A stretch of 64,000 nt of DNA from Camelus ferus (taxonomy: Eukaryota), in NCBI RefSeq assembly GCF_009834535.1, contig NC_045707.1, forward strand, positions 46,006,001-46,070,000, read 5' to 3'. The notes below the pieces were generated by a model. That model made no database searches. It had not been told where the DNA came from and saw only the letters and a list, made by a program, of their open reading frames with translations. The position numbers and the translations under genes are program-made. Shown piece after piece: positions 10,599 through 23,244 of the stretch. The number at the start of each line of letters is the position of its first letter. Position 1 is the stretch's first letter.

Positions 10599-11657
10599 CC
10601 ATGAAAGAGGATGAATTTAAATATCTGCTGATTTTTTTAAATCTTTAAAATCTACAAACCACTTGTAGACTAGAAAAGACCTTTGGTTCTGGCTGGGGCA
10701 TCGGCCTCATTTTTTTTCCCCTTTCAGAAAGTTTCTTAATGACTTGGCACAACCATCTGTGAAATGGGGAAATAGTCCAATGAGCACTCTGTCCTCTCCC
10801 CAGGGGAAAGCCCTGTTCAACTTCACATCCGTAGCCTCATGTATAATGGCCTGGGGCCCTTCAGAGAACTTCATTCTTCACTCCAATCAAAAAACCAATT
10901 AAGACTTTTAAAAAAAAGGATTCTTATAATGTGTCTTAATAGCCAGCCAATATCCTGTGGTGTTCAGTTTCTCCTCTCTTTTTCCCTCTCTCTAGCTTGC
11001 ATGGTGACAGAGTTATCCTTTCAGGAGAGTAGCAAACTCTGGGAAATTTCTGGAAGAAATAGCACACTGATGAGAATGCAGAGAGGAAACTCCCCATGAC
11101 TCTGGGAAGCACAAAGCAGGCACAGGTGAGGCCCAGGATCCAGAGGGCTTGTGATGGTGGGATTGGAGGGGAGCCCTTGGTTGCCCAGGTGGGTGTTTGG
11201 ACCACACAGGACTTCTTCCACCTGGGCCAGTGTGGCGTGGAAGGCAAGCCTTGGGTTCTTGAGGAGCTGTCTGTGGGCTCATGCTGTGTCTGTCCGCTCT
11301 CGCTGTCTGAGCTGGAATCTCTTGAGCCTCTGCTTTCCTTGCCAATAAAACGGCTGAACTACTAGTACACCGGTCACACGGTTACTGTAAGGACAAAGTG
11401 ACAACATTAATAAAGCCATGTCTGGCTCTCAGGAAGCCCTTCATAAAGCCCTGCAGTAGTCATTACTATTATTTTTTGTTGTTGCCTGGGACGGTTTTTC
11501 CTAATAAGTTCAGTTCTAATTTCTATTAATAACCTTTTCTGGTGGTAGATGTAATGCATGTTCATAGGACAATTTATAAAAATCCAGAAAAACTACAGGA
11601 AAAAATTAAATCAAAAATACTCCATAAAGCTATCTCTGGTCTTTTTTTCTCTGCATG

Positions 11658-11838
11658 TACTAGTTGTTCTCAATGCTGACACGGCATCAGAGCAACCTGG
11701 GAAGCTTTTTAAAATACAGACACCTAGGCTCCAAACCAGGCTAAAAAATTAGAACCCCTCGGGTAGGGACAATGAATCTGTATTTTTTTTTTGAATTCCA
11801 GAACATTCTATTGCAAAATCAGTCTTAAGAACCCTGAC
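11658..11838. mobile_element. MER5-like hAT-Charlie MITE
   Basis: 'tagttgttctcaatg...catcagagcaacctgggaagctttttaaaatacagac...tctgtatttt...ttaagaaccctg'. Confidence 0.65.
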
Positions 11839-12426
11839 ACACATGCATAGTGTCTGTCTCTCTCTCGTAGTTTTCAAAAATTGGACAATATTGTACATTT
11901 AGTTTTATAAACTGCTTTTGTCAAGTTGCTTTCTCTCTCATCATCACTCTTCCTCTCCAGTGTCTTATTTTTTTTTTCTTAAGGCATCAGCTGTAGTTTC
12001 TAATAAGCTCTGACCCACTGCTTTTCACCTAGCGGTCCTCTCACAAAATGAATCCATTTAAAAATGTCATCCCTCCTCCCTTCTCTTCTTCCTGCCTTCA
12101 GATCTGCCACAGTTGATGAACAGAGACCCAGTTACCATTATTCATTCTCTCTGTCTCCAGGATTTCAGCTCCCTAACTGACTCTGGCCTCTCTGTCATCC
12201 CTTTGTGTCTAAAGCTGGAGATCATGCTGGTGGACATGCCACTGTGGTTTGTACATTTTCTCCCCTAAATTATTAATTTGATGTAGAGCACTATTTTTCA
12301 TTTAGGACTCAGCCGACCATGGTGGTGTGATTTCAGCTCAAAACAACCTCCAAGGACTCTTGGGAGAAATTTCCTTGGCTATCCACCTGACATGTTAGGA
12401 AAATAAAATGACATTAAACACCATTT

Positions 12427-12460
12427 CAAACAAACAAACAAACAAACAAACAAAAAAAAA
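12427..12460. repeat. (AAAC)n microsatellite
   Basis: Directly visible. Confidence 0.9.
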
Positions 12461-14769
12461 ACCACCCTGGTAGACAGCTGTCTCCAGTTACTGATGAATG
12501 AAAATGGACGTGGGGTGAGCAAGGGCCCTAAACCAACAAAGCAGCAGACACCCCACCAGCGATGCCCACCCTGCTGCCGTATCTGGAGTGACATCTGGAA
12601 TGTCTGGAATCAGCAATCACAGGACAACACACATCGCCCCGCATCCTATCCTCCCAGGTTGGTTCCAGCTACTGAATGGAAGCACACGTGATGGTTGTTT
12701 GAAAACTTTTTAAAACTTTGTCAGCCAGAGGTTTCTCAAGAAGTGCCGTGATGAACCGTGCACCTGGGTGTCATTTGTGTGGAAGAGCAAGACGTGTGGA
12801 CCACGGCAGGTGACTAACTGGTCTCTGAGAGGGGAAACCAGAAGAGGTCTCCAGCCCTAGAGCTGGATCATCTGCTTTGGTCCCTGGCCCGGTGGACTGA
12901 GGAATAATGAGGGGGGCTGCAGGCCACCCTGAGGACAGCAGGGCGTTGCAGAAAGAGTCCTGACCCGCTCAGTGAATGAACAGATGCAAAGGAAGGCAGT
13001 GTGCAGTGACTGAGGAGCCACGTGCCAGGCTCACTTGAGGCTGATTGAGGGAACACTGGAGAACAGCCTCTTCTCTCTCGGGTGAGTAAATATTTTGAGT
13101 GGTGCTGATAGGACAGCTTTCTGTTTAAGAGTGAAGGAAATGAAGATTATTAGAAAGATGAAGCCGGTGAAGCTAATTGGGGGTGTGCCAGCCCATTCCC
13201 CTCATCGCAGGCCTTAAGAATGAGAGTTTTAAATATGTGGAAACTACTTCTTGCCGTGGGGAAGAACGTGGGTGTTGTAGTCACATAAACTTGCAAGTTC
13301 TTCCACTTACCAACTGGTTCCTGAGTATTTCTAAGCCTTGTTTCTTCCTCTATAGAAGGGGGATAGGTACCCACCTCACAGGGTGGGGACTGAACCAGAT
13401 AAGTGCACACAAGTGTCTGGTACACGTAGTGCCTGCCGGTTTCCCATAGCTGATGGGGCCGGAGGAGAGGGGAAGTGAAAGTCCACACCAGGCCGAGATG
13501 GGGTGATGTTGCTCTCAGGGGTGATGGAATGCTTTCCCTGCGAGGCGATATGACTCAGAACTCTGAGCGTGGCAGGGAAGCCTGCTAGGGCCCTGGCTGA
13601 GGCTGGCCCACTGAGTGTGATGGTTTAATGGTTTGTCAAGAATGTGTAGGCATGGCCCTGCTCTGGTTGGTTGTTTAGCAAGGTGTGACTGATAACAGAA
13701 GCTTCTCTGTGAGGCAGTTTGTACTTTAGTTCTTTTTTTATCTCAAATAATGGAAATTGCAGGATCCCAGGAAGCTAAGACCAGTCCGAAGGGTTTTGCA
13801 CCTCCCTTACCTGCTATCATATCAGATGCACCATCCAGGTAACAGCCCGACTGCTCCTGTTTGCAGCCTGAACGTGGGCTTCTTCAGTTTTCCAAACTCT
13901 CCTCCGTCTAAGGGTGGTATCTCCCGTTTGGTGGTGATGGAGACAGCAGAGGAGTTGCCCAGGAGCCAACCAAGCCTTTGCAGGCCTGTCCCAGTGACCG
14001 TGCCTGGGAAGGCAGGCTTGCTAACCTCTCTGTTAGTTTCCTCAGAGCAGAAATTAAGCACCCATCTTGACATTTAATTCCAGCCCTCCTCTTCAAACAC
14101 TGAAGGAAAGATTTCTTCTCATTCTTGAACTGAAGAAAAGTAAGGAAGACTGATTTCTAAACAAAGTGTAATTTTAAGCAGCACATTGATGTACATATGT
14201 TCTCCTCCCTTGTTGCAAATGGGCAGCCTTTCTCTGGGAGGGGACTAAGATCTTATTGTAAAAACAATAGATATTGAACTCGGTTCCTTACTTCTACTTT
14301 TCATGAGAAAAAGAAAAGATTGCTACATGGCAGCCTAGGGGAGTCCTCAGCACCATGTAGAGAATTTTCCATAATATGAACTGACATCGCCACGTACCTA
14401 CTACTGGCAAACAATATGCTAGATACTTTATGAAATTATTTCACAGCAACTCTTCCCATTTTTAAAAATTGAAGTATAATTGACTTACAATATTATATTA
14501 ATTTCAGGTGTAGAGCATAGTGATTTAGTATTTTTACAGGTAACTCTTTCCATTTTAAAGATAAGAAAACTGAGGGTTTCTTGGCTGGGAAGGCCTGGAG
14601 GGGAGGGGAGGGAAAGTGTAGGTCAGGGCCGAGGGAAGTTCGGTGAGAAGAAACCCTGCCCTTCCCGTGTTCTGAAGAGAAGAGCAGCAGCACAGCCCGT
14701 GTTGGAGGATGAAGGCAACTCTGAGCCTGGGTTCTGGCTAAATCACAGGGGCTCATGAGCAGCTGGTAT

Positions 14770-15295
14770 AAATCAAGATTCTTGGGTGCAAGTGACAGAA
14801 ATCAAACTCAAGCTAACTTAAGCTAAAAGGGAAGAAATACGCTGGTTTATCTAACTGGGGAGCCAGGAGCAGGCGTGAGACATGGCTGGAATCAGGCATC
14901 TACATAACATTCACTCTCTTCCATGCTCTCCTCCGTGTGTCAGCCTCGTTCTCTCCCATTACAGTCAGGCTTCCTGCATTCAGCCAAGTCTTTATGACCC
15001 CAGCTCAGCAAGACTGGCAGAAACAGCACATTTTCTCAATGTGTATTAAATGTACATGCTTAGTAATGCATGGCTATAAATGCGGAGAAGGGCTCTGATA
15101 AGTCCTGTCTCTGAGGTGGCCGACTGCTGGACCAGTTATAATCAGCATTGTCAGGGTGATCGGGCACAATGAGCAAGCCCATGGCCAGGGTAGGGCAGTA
15201 AATTGTGACTGACAGCTCCGCGTGAACGCTGTGGACTGGAGATGAGGAGCTCCCCGAAGGAAGTCAGGGAAGCAGAGCAGGCAGAGTAACAGATG
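14770..15295 (-). mobile_element. Old MaLR LTR (MLT1K-like)
   Basis: 'aagattcttgggtgcaagtgacagaaatcaaactcaagctaacttaagctaaaaggga'. Confidence 0.55.
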
Positions 15296-15401
15296 CCCAG
15301 CGAGCCCTTAAACTGATGAGGAGCATCTGAGTGATGCCATTTTAATATTGCTGCTATTGTACCCCTCATCACTCTAAACACGGCAGTATCACGTGTGCGA
15401 C

Positions 15402-15761
15402 TGTGTTAGGTGGCTAGAGCTGCCGTAAAAAAATACTACAGGCCGGGTGGCTTAAACAGTGATTGCTTTTCTTACAGTTCTGGAGGCTGGAAGTCTGAGA
15501 TCTGGGTGCCAGCGTGGGCGAGTTCTGGTGAGAACCCTTTTCCTGCCTTGCAGAAGGCTGCCTCCTTGCTGCATGTCCAGGCGGCCTTTTCTCAATGCGT
15601 GCGCATGGAGAGAGACCTCCAGTATCTCTTCCTCTTCTTATAAGGGCGGCTTACAACCTCACTTAACCTTAATCTTCCTTAAAGATCCTATGTCCAGGAC
15701 AGTCACATGGGGTTAGAACTTCAACATGTGAATTTGGGACAGACACAACTCAGTCCATAGC
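15402..15761 (-). mobile_element. MLT1A/B/C-like MaLR LTR
   Basis: 'tgtgttaggtggctagagctgccgtaa...ttacagttctggaggctggaagtctgagatc...ttcaacatgtgaatttggg...cagtccatagc'. Confidence 0.85.
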
Positions 15762-16323
15762 CTCCTGGGATCAAGATACTTCTAGAAGGTACAATCCATC
15801 CCTGTTTCACAAACATTTTATGCTTGAAAATGATTGCCAGAAATATTTGAAGTTCTGGGTAAATAGGATTCAAGAGGAAAGAATTGGCATTGCCTCTAGA
15901 TTCTAAGCTCCAGGAGGGCAGGGGACTGTGCCTCAGTATTTTACCCTGTTGCCACTGGGGGTTGACTAGTCTGGAGTTTTTCAGAGGCAGGCAGTTTTCT
16001 GCTGTCCCTTCCTCTGTCTCGTCCTGGTTCTGAAGACACAGTTACTAATGATCAGCTCTAGTGCTCTGCCTGCACTGTCCCCAGAGAAATAAGGTTTTAC
16101 ACATGGGAGATGGTGTTATAAAAGCATATTTAACAAAATAAAATATAGTACACATACACATGCACATGTGATCAGTTACTTTAACAATATCCTCAGGAAG
16201 ACTTTCATCCCCAGGTTTTTTAGGCTTTCCTTTTCAAATCTAGGAGTGTTTACAGTTTTTGTTCTGGGGCTTGTCTGCTTATTCCTTTTTCTGGGCTTTG
16301 GATTTCAGATGCTGTCATAGTTT

Positions 16324-16807
16324 TGTACGGGCAGGAAAATGTCCCCTTCTTCCCCGCTAGGATCTTTGACTGGCCTAATAATGAAATTAATATGACAGAT
16401 TAACAGGAGGAAAACAAGCTTAATTCTCTATGTACAGGGAATCCCGTGAAAGTATGAGACTCAAAGACGTGACCAAAGCTGGCAACTTTGACACTTTTTA
16501 GACAAAGAAACAGTAAATTTATGAAGAATTGACAAGACAAAGGGGTTTGGATCAAATTAATGAAGACCTAACAAAGTTTGTTTATATAGCCTTCTCAGTC
16601 CTAAATTCCCCATTTCTGGTGATAAAAATACCTTCTGTTCTCCTGGAACAGGGAGTGTACCTTTCAGGTGGATTTGTCCTCTGCTTTCAGTGGGACAAAG
16701 CAAGTTCAGTGTGCCCCTCTTATACAGGCTGTTTCTCAAGTAACTAATTCAGAATAGTCAGTTTGCCAAAGTGGACTATTTGAGGGTAGCATATTCTTCT
16801 CCCTTCT
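16324..16807 (-). mobile_element. ERV1-class solo LTR with 4-bp TSD
   Basis: TG start; GTTT at 16320-16323 and 16808-16811; 'gacagattaacaggaggaaaa', 'atgagactcaaaga', terminal 'gggtagcatattct..cccttc'. Confidence 0.7.
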
Positions 16808-17131
16808 GTTTGCTGCTGGATTAAAGCCTCTGTATTTCCTTAAATTTTTAAGAATGAAGAGGATCAGATGTGACTGCTTCACAATAGTATCTGAAGTTCT
16901 ATTTTCATAGACTGTAGTGGTGACTTACTTTGAAGAGGCCCGTCTGGGTACCAGGCCTGCCCCCAGCTCTGTGGCCCTGGGCTGGTTAAACTTTATGGGC
17001 TCATTAGCCTCATAAAGCTGTAGGATATATGGAAAGTGCATACAGCACAATGCCTGTCCATAGGAAATGCTCTAAAACAATAACTATTATAATTATCCCT
17101 CCCTTTTGCAAATTGCTCAATGTCCCAAATG

Positions 17132-17373
17132 CAGGGGTCTAAACCTCAAATGCCTCAGGGGCCCGGAAGGTGATTTAATGCATATTTACCTGGTGTGGGG
17201 CATAGGGAATGGAGGGAGCCCTGCTGAGGTTGGGGAGTGCATGCTCTGCTAAAAGAGAGTCAAACTTTATAACCGAAAGGAAAGGAAAGGAAAGGAAAGG
17301 AGGGAGGAGGGAAGGCAGGAAGGAAGGTAACGTACATTTCTGCCAGCTAGATTTGGTCCCATTTGCAACCCTT
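17132..17373. mobile_element. hAT-Charlie MITE (MER102/103-like) with internal (GGAAA)n
   Basis: 'caggggtctaaacctcaaatgcctcaggggcc' ... 'gatttggtcccatttgcaaccctt'. Confidence 0.5.
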
Positions 17374-18343
17374 ACTCTGATTTAAAGGTGAGAGAGCTAT
17401 GTTCGGGAAACAAATCCCAGGTTTTAATTCTCAGTTTTCAACTGTTAGTGACAAAGGAAGTGCTTTATCAAATGTCTAACTAAAGAGGAATCAGGTTGCT
17501 CTAAGTCTTTCAGGATAAAGGATTGATCTGCCCCATAACCAGTGTAAATGAGTTACTCAATAATTTTCAATAATTTATTATCAATAACAACAACATAATA
17601 GCAGCTTTATCTTTATTTATTGTTGTCTATTCTCAAGATGAGACTAAATTCAAGACAGGCAATTTTCTGATAATTGAACGGCATGATATTGGTTTCAAAG
17701 TGAGGCTATGAGTTGCTTTGTTACAGACTCTCTGGGGACAAGTCTGAAAGAACTCTATGGGCCCCAGATGGTATTTACTAATATTATTTGCAGCCTATAA
17801 ACATTTATGTGTATTCATCAAAGAACCTGTGTCTAGGCTTTTCTTATACAAAGGCATAATAAGGAAAAGGTAACATGGTATGATTTGGGGAGGATAACAA
17901 AGCATTTGCATCCTTTTACAAAAATATTTCTTCCAGGGTGTCTGAAATTGCCATATTACTTAGACCTTTCCAATAAGGACATTAGACACCCTTCTTAAAA
18001 TATCACCTCTCCAGCAATCCTGGAAGAAATGGTACATTGAGCTATTATCTCTTACTTATACCATATCTCAAAATAGTTTATCAAATTCCAGGAATTTAAC
18101 TGGTCTTCATAGGAGGATAATAAGAGAAGTAATTTTTGATGAAGGGAAGAAGCTAAGGAAGACACATACACAAAGCCACACATTCATTCATTCATTCATT
18201 TGGCCAACAGTCGTTGAGCATTGACTCTGGGCCATGCCCTAGGATGGAGCACATAGTCTAGTTGAGGAGACACAATTACAGAGCAGTCCTAGTGCTATGG
18301 CAGAGATGTATGTAGGGTATTATGGGCCAAATTCAAAGGGCAT

Positions 18344-18849
18344 CATGATGGTTAATTTCATGTATTCACTTGACTGGGCCATGGGGAACCCAGATGTTTG
18401 GTTAAGCATTATTCTGGGAGTGTCTGTAAGAGTGTTTCTGGATGAGATTATCATTGGGATGGGTAGACTGAGTAAAGTAGATGACCTTCCCCACTATGAG
18501 TGAGCTTTATCCAATTCAATCTGTTGAAGGCCTGAATAGAATAAAAGGCTGAGTAAGAAAGAATTCTCTCTCTACCTGACTGTCTTTGAGCTGGACATCC
18601 ATTTCCTTGTGCCTTTAGACTTGGACTGGAACTGACGTCATTGGCTTTCTTGGTTTTCAGGCCTTTGGATCCAGAGTGGAACTGTACCATGGGCTTCCCT
18701 GGGTCTCAAGCTTGTTCACTGCAGATCTTGGACTTCTCAGTCTTCATTATCATGAGAACCAGTTCCTTATACTAAATCTTGATCAATTGATTTATTGATT
18801 AATAGATATCCTTTTGGCTCTGTTTCTCTAGAGAAAGCTGACTAATACA
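18344..18849 (+). mobile_element. MLT2 ERVL solo LTR inserted in an L2 fragment
   Basis: 'atgatggttaatttcatgtattcacttgactgggcc' ... 'ctgtttctctagagaaagctgactaataca'; 5-bp TSD GGCAT/GACAT. Confidence 0.9.
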
Positions 18850-19299
18850 GACATCCTCCTCAGCCTGGGCAGGAAGGCTTGGAAAGGGAGGCAAGTTGTA
18901 AGAATAATTTCCTGCAAGGTGAGGCCAGGCTTAATTCTGGAGGACACAGCAGAGTTAACAAGGAGATAGGTGGCTTATTGCATGCTTCAAGGCTCTGTCC
19001 CCAGATCTTTCCAGTTCAAAATTTTAACCACTTACTTGGATGAATATATCAAAGGCACATTTACTATTGGCAGATGTTATAAAGTTAAGACAGATAGTGA
19101 TTACTTTGGACAGTGGCAAAATCAGGGCTCAGACAGATCTTGGCAGGATGTAGGATGAGCCAAGTCCAACAAAATAAAGCAGAGTGGAGGTCAATGAAAG
19201 GCCTTGCATGTGTGTTAAAAAACAAAAGAAAGCAACAACAAAGCAACCAGCTGCACAAGCTTGGGCAGGGGGTGAGAGGTGGGGAAAAGACATTTTAAA

Positions 19300-19492
19300 A
19301 TTATTTTTTATTGAGATGTTATTGACATAACGTTGTACTAATTTTAGGTGTACAACATAATGATTTGTGTATATATTGTGACATGAACACCACAATGTGT
19401 TTATTGGTGCTCACAAAACCCATCACCATACATAGTTATGATTTTTTTTTCCTTCTGTTGAGAACTTCTAAGATTTACTCTCTTAGCAACAC

Positions 19493-19527
<35 letters not shown>

Positions 19528-19692
19528 CCACATTATCTTTATACATTCATCCATCGATGGACATGTAGGTTGTTTCCATATCTTGGCAATTGTAAATAAT
19601 GCTGCAGTGAGCATGGGGTACAGATATCTTTTTGAGATAGTAATTTTATTTTCTTTGGATAGATACCCAGAACTGGAATTTCTGGATCATAT
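19300..19692 (-). mobile_element. L1 3' end/ORF2 C-terminal fragment with (TG)n
   Basis: The minus ORF gives YDPEIPVLGIYPK...DICTP (L1 ORF2 C-terminus); 'ttttaggtgtacaacataatgattt'. Confidence 0.85.
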
Positions 19693-19727
19693 GTTTTAAA
19701 AGACTTATTTATGTTATATGTTTTCAT

Positions 19728-19900
19728 TCAGAATTTGGTAAGCTATAGCTCATCAGCCAAATTCAGCTATTGCTTGTTTTTGTGGCTACTTTCATGCTAC
19801 AACAGCAGAGTTGAGTAGTTGCAAAAGAGACCATATTGGTTACAAAGTAGGAAATATTTACCATTTAGCTCTTTACAAAAAAGTTTACCAACCCTTGGTC
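19728..19900. mobile_element. MER58A-like hAT MITE
   Basis: 'ggctactttcatgctacaacagcagagttgagtagttgcaaaagagacc...aaaaagtttaccaaccc'. Confidence 0.75.
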
Positions 19901-20289
19901 TAGTCCAGTGTGAATTCAGTGTGAGTCAATAGCATGATATGCTCACTGAAAAAAAGCCATTTCTCTCTTTGGATCCATTTATTAAAATATAGACACTTAA
20001 AATCATTTGTGAATGAATCAGTGGATGAACAAACAACCAAACTAGGGATAGGATGGCTCTTTGTGGACCAGAACCCACCAGAGTCTGTAGCTCCATACTG
20101 AGGATACAGTTAAAGAGAAATAACGGAGGTGGAACCCTGGAGAGGAATACCAGCAACTGGAGCTCACTCAGAGGAGAGGGCTGAGAGGGTATTGGGAATC
20201 GTAACAGGAAAAATGAAGGAAACTGGGATGTTTACCCTGGAGAAACAAGTGCCCGAGAGGGATATCAACAGCATCACGGATATCAACTT

Positions 20290-20865
20290 ACTGATGACGT
20301 TCATTGAGTCTTAGGTACCATGTATGTTTGATGACATCGATGATACTAATTGAATCTTGTGCAACAGGTTCCTTAAATATATTTATCCAGTCCTCACAAC
20401 AACCCAATCAGAGCATAAACAAAAACAGTAAAATTAAATTTCAGCATGTCAGTTTTATAAAGCAGTTTAGGTTATGGTGATTTAGCAGAAATCAGGAATG
20501 CAAGAAACGTATCACACTTACATCAAATTAAGGATGTTGAGTTATGTTAATAATGTATGCAACTTTAATTTTGTTTAACACTCTCTGCCAAAATAAACTA
20601 TATTCCCTATAACTTAAAATGTGTGTGTGTGTGTGTGTGTGTGTGTTTATCATGTACATTTAATTCCACTGTTTTGGCTGTAATAAAATCGATCTTGAAA
20701 TTTAAGAAATTGGTAAAATTGGTGGCATTAGTAGGCCCATTTTGCAAATGAGGAATCTGCAGCATAGAAGATTAAGCTGTCCAGGTTCGCACAACCAATA
20801 AGTAGGGAGGCCGAGATTCAACCCATGCAGTCTGCCTGTAGAGCCTGTGTGTTTAATTGTATGCC
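20290..20865 (-). mobile_element. MIR split by a ~300-bp insert
   Basis: 'cctcacaacaaccc' (20392-20405) resumes at 'cccattttgcaaatgaggaa' (~20736). Confidence 0.7.
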
Positions 20866-21199
20866 ATTTGCTGTCCTCCAGTATTTAAAGGAATATTAAT
20901 AACCTTGTTATCTCTGATTCCAACAGACAGCGACAGCCAGAGGAAACGGTGAAACAGACTCCAGCTCAATGCAAAGGAGAACTTTCAAATGCTCAGAGAT
21001 GGAACAGGTTTTTTCAGTATTTCAGGTAGGGGCCAGATGACTTGACCAAGATTTCAGAGAGAGGATTCCAGAATGGATAAGAGCAGATGGCCCCCCAGAT
21101 TTCTTCCTCTGCTTGATTCTACCATGGTCTAAGGTTTGGGGCACTTCCTAGGATGGTCCACTTGGGTCAACAAGACACAACAGACTGGGATCCAGGAGG

Positions 21200-21410
21200 G
21201 AGGCACTTTTCTAAGTGCTTTAGAGATGTTAATTCATTTAATTCTCAAAACAGCTGAATGAACAGATACCATTAATGACATCGTTCTCATTTTACAGATG
21301 CAAAAACTGAGCCATATAGTGGCTACATAATTTATCCAGAGTCACACAAGTAATGAGTGTTAGAGCCAGGGTTTGAATTTTAGCATTCTGACCCCAAAGC
21401 CTCTCACAAC
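21200..21410 (-). mobile_element. MIR
   Basis: 'cattttacagatgcaaaaactgagcc...gtcacacaagtaatgagtgttagagccagggtttgaa'. Confidence 0.75.
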
Positions 21411-23244
21411 CATTTCCATATAAAAATCTCTTACTAAGAGAGAATGTATAATTAGAAAATGTTCCTTTTATTTCCCTCTGCCTCCCCACCAAGATTTTTG
21501 GTATGTCCCCTTCCTATCTTGCAAACCACTGTATTACTAGAAGTTAATGATAGCAGTTGCCAATGTAACATTCTCATTTTGTCAGGTGATAATTTACAGG
21601 GTCTGATTCTTCCACTTCACAAACAGGATCTGAGGCAGGGGGTTCCCAAATGCACCATAAATTCCTACAGACTAATCAAACTTCTATGACTGTGTTCATT
21701 CTCTCAGAAGGCCTAACTGAAGGTATAAACAGTAATGTCCTGATCACAATATATATCTGGTTCCTGTTTAAGTATTACCTCCACTGTGGGAAACACTGCA
21801 TTTCTATACCTCTTCTACGGAAGGAAGGCTGGGCCTTACACCAGTGGTTCCTGCATATTAACTTCCCTAATGGTAAGTGGAATTTGGTAATAAAAGGAAC
21901 GACACTTGACACACAGTAGGTACTAAATATGTATTTGTTTAATACATGTGATCAATTGGAATTTATTGACTTTAGGAGAATAAAGGTGTCAGATAATCTA
22001 TTTCCCCTCATGGTGTTTTTTGGTCTCTGACAGTAGCTTGTCCTATTTAATTTTTTGCCCTCCAAATCTTTGTGCTTCCAGTAACTGGGCAAACAAAAAT
22101 TAAAGTGTCTTCTCAACTGCTGCATTCCTGAGGGTAAAAATCTTTCTTAGGAGAAAATGTTGTTGTTACTGTTTAGACAAACTATGCTTCCAGCATGCTT
22201 TTATTCCAGATCTTTTTTTCCTCAGTATTCACAGTAAGCTTTGCTAATCCAATTAGGACACAGAACATGAACTGTTAAAATAACTGATTCACTCTATAGA
22301 TAAGGATACAGGCTTTGTGTCTAAGAAGACCGCTTGATTCGCTGTGTACAAGGACAGACTGTTCCTTGCCTGGTTTATTTACCATGTGTTTTAATTAGCT
22401 GCCCGGCCTTTCATGGTAGTCGCTGTTCCAAAAGTGGAGAGATTTGAGCTTGTTAAAGTGATGGCTTAAGTAAGAGCTTTGTCATTGTGTCTGTACTTTT
22501 CTCTCTGCTCTCACTTCTGCTCAGAGACTGAGCTCTGTAGCCCAATATGACAACATTGGTATCCTCCCAGAGGCCCCAGAAGCAGGTTACACTACATTGT
22601 GGGCTCCTCAGTGGCACAAACTTTGTCTCATTGTCTTTGTACCCTCATGGCGTAGCACAGTGCCCAGCAATGCTTAGAGGAAATGCTTAAGAAATACTGG
22701 TTGAACTTTTCAACTGAGGCCCATTCAGGAAGGCACACACCTTTGTCATCCTCTCTCTCATATTGTCTCTCACATATTGTCAATCTCAAAATCCTGTGTA
22801 ATCTGTCCAGAGGTAATATGCAATGACTATTTAACCAACAGTGCACAGGGGCACCGACCAGTGAGCCATTGAGCTGGAACAGGATCCTGAAGGACCCTGC
22901 CTATGATAGACGTTGACTCCACAGATCCAGGGAAGGGACATTCAAGGGAGAACCTCGGGTTGGGGCAGTGGTACTTACTAGTTGAAATGGAAGTATTTAA
23001 ATATTTTAACAAAGGTACAGCTGTACTTGTGCATACCAGCTGATCATATCTGTTTAATTCCCCCAAAGCCCCAAAGCCATGCAGTACAATGCAGCCAGAC
23101 TTATCTTTTTTTCCTTTCCCAAATGGAAATATCATTGCTTTTTTCCTCTGATAAACATAGCTGTTGTAAAAATATAGTAAAATTAGATGAGCTGGGAAGT
23201 TGGTAGCTGCGGCATAGTTTTTGTAATTTCTCTGAATTGCCAAA

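Larger units (their letters stand above)
18975..21130 (+). mobile_element. L3/CR1 LINE remnant (RT C-terminal region to 3' end), fragmented by later insertions
   Basis: Translation LQGSVPRSFQFKILTTYLDEYIKGT resembles the CR1 RT motif PQGSVLGPxLFNIFINDLDEGIEGT; later 'aaggaaactgggatgtttaccctggagaa' (KELGxFSLEK-like). Confidence 0.7.

Noticed and set aside
18083..18097. Palindrome AAATTCCAGGAATTT containing a STAT GAS motif
   Set aside because: Single short motif; plausible by chance in 64 kb with no supporting context.
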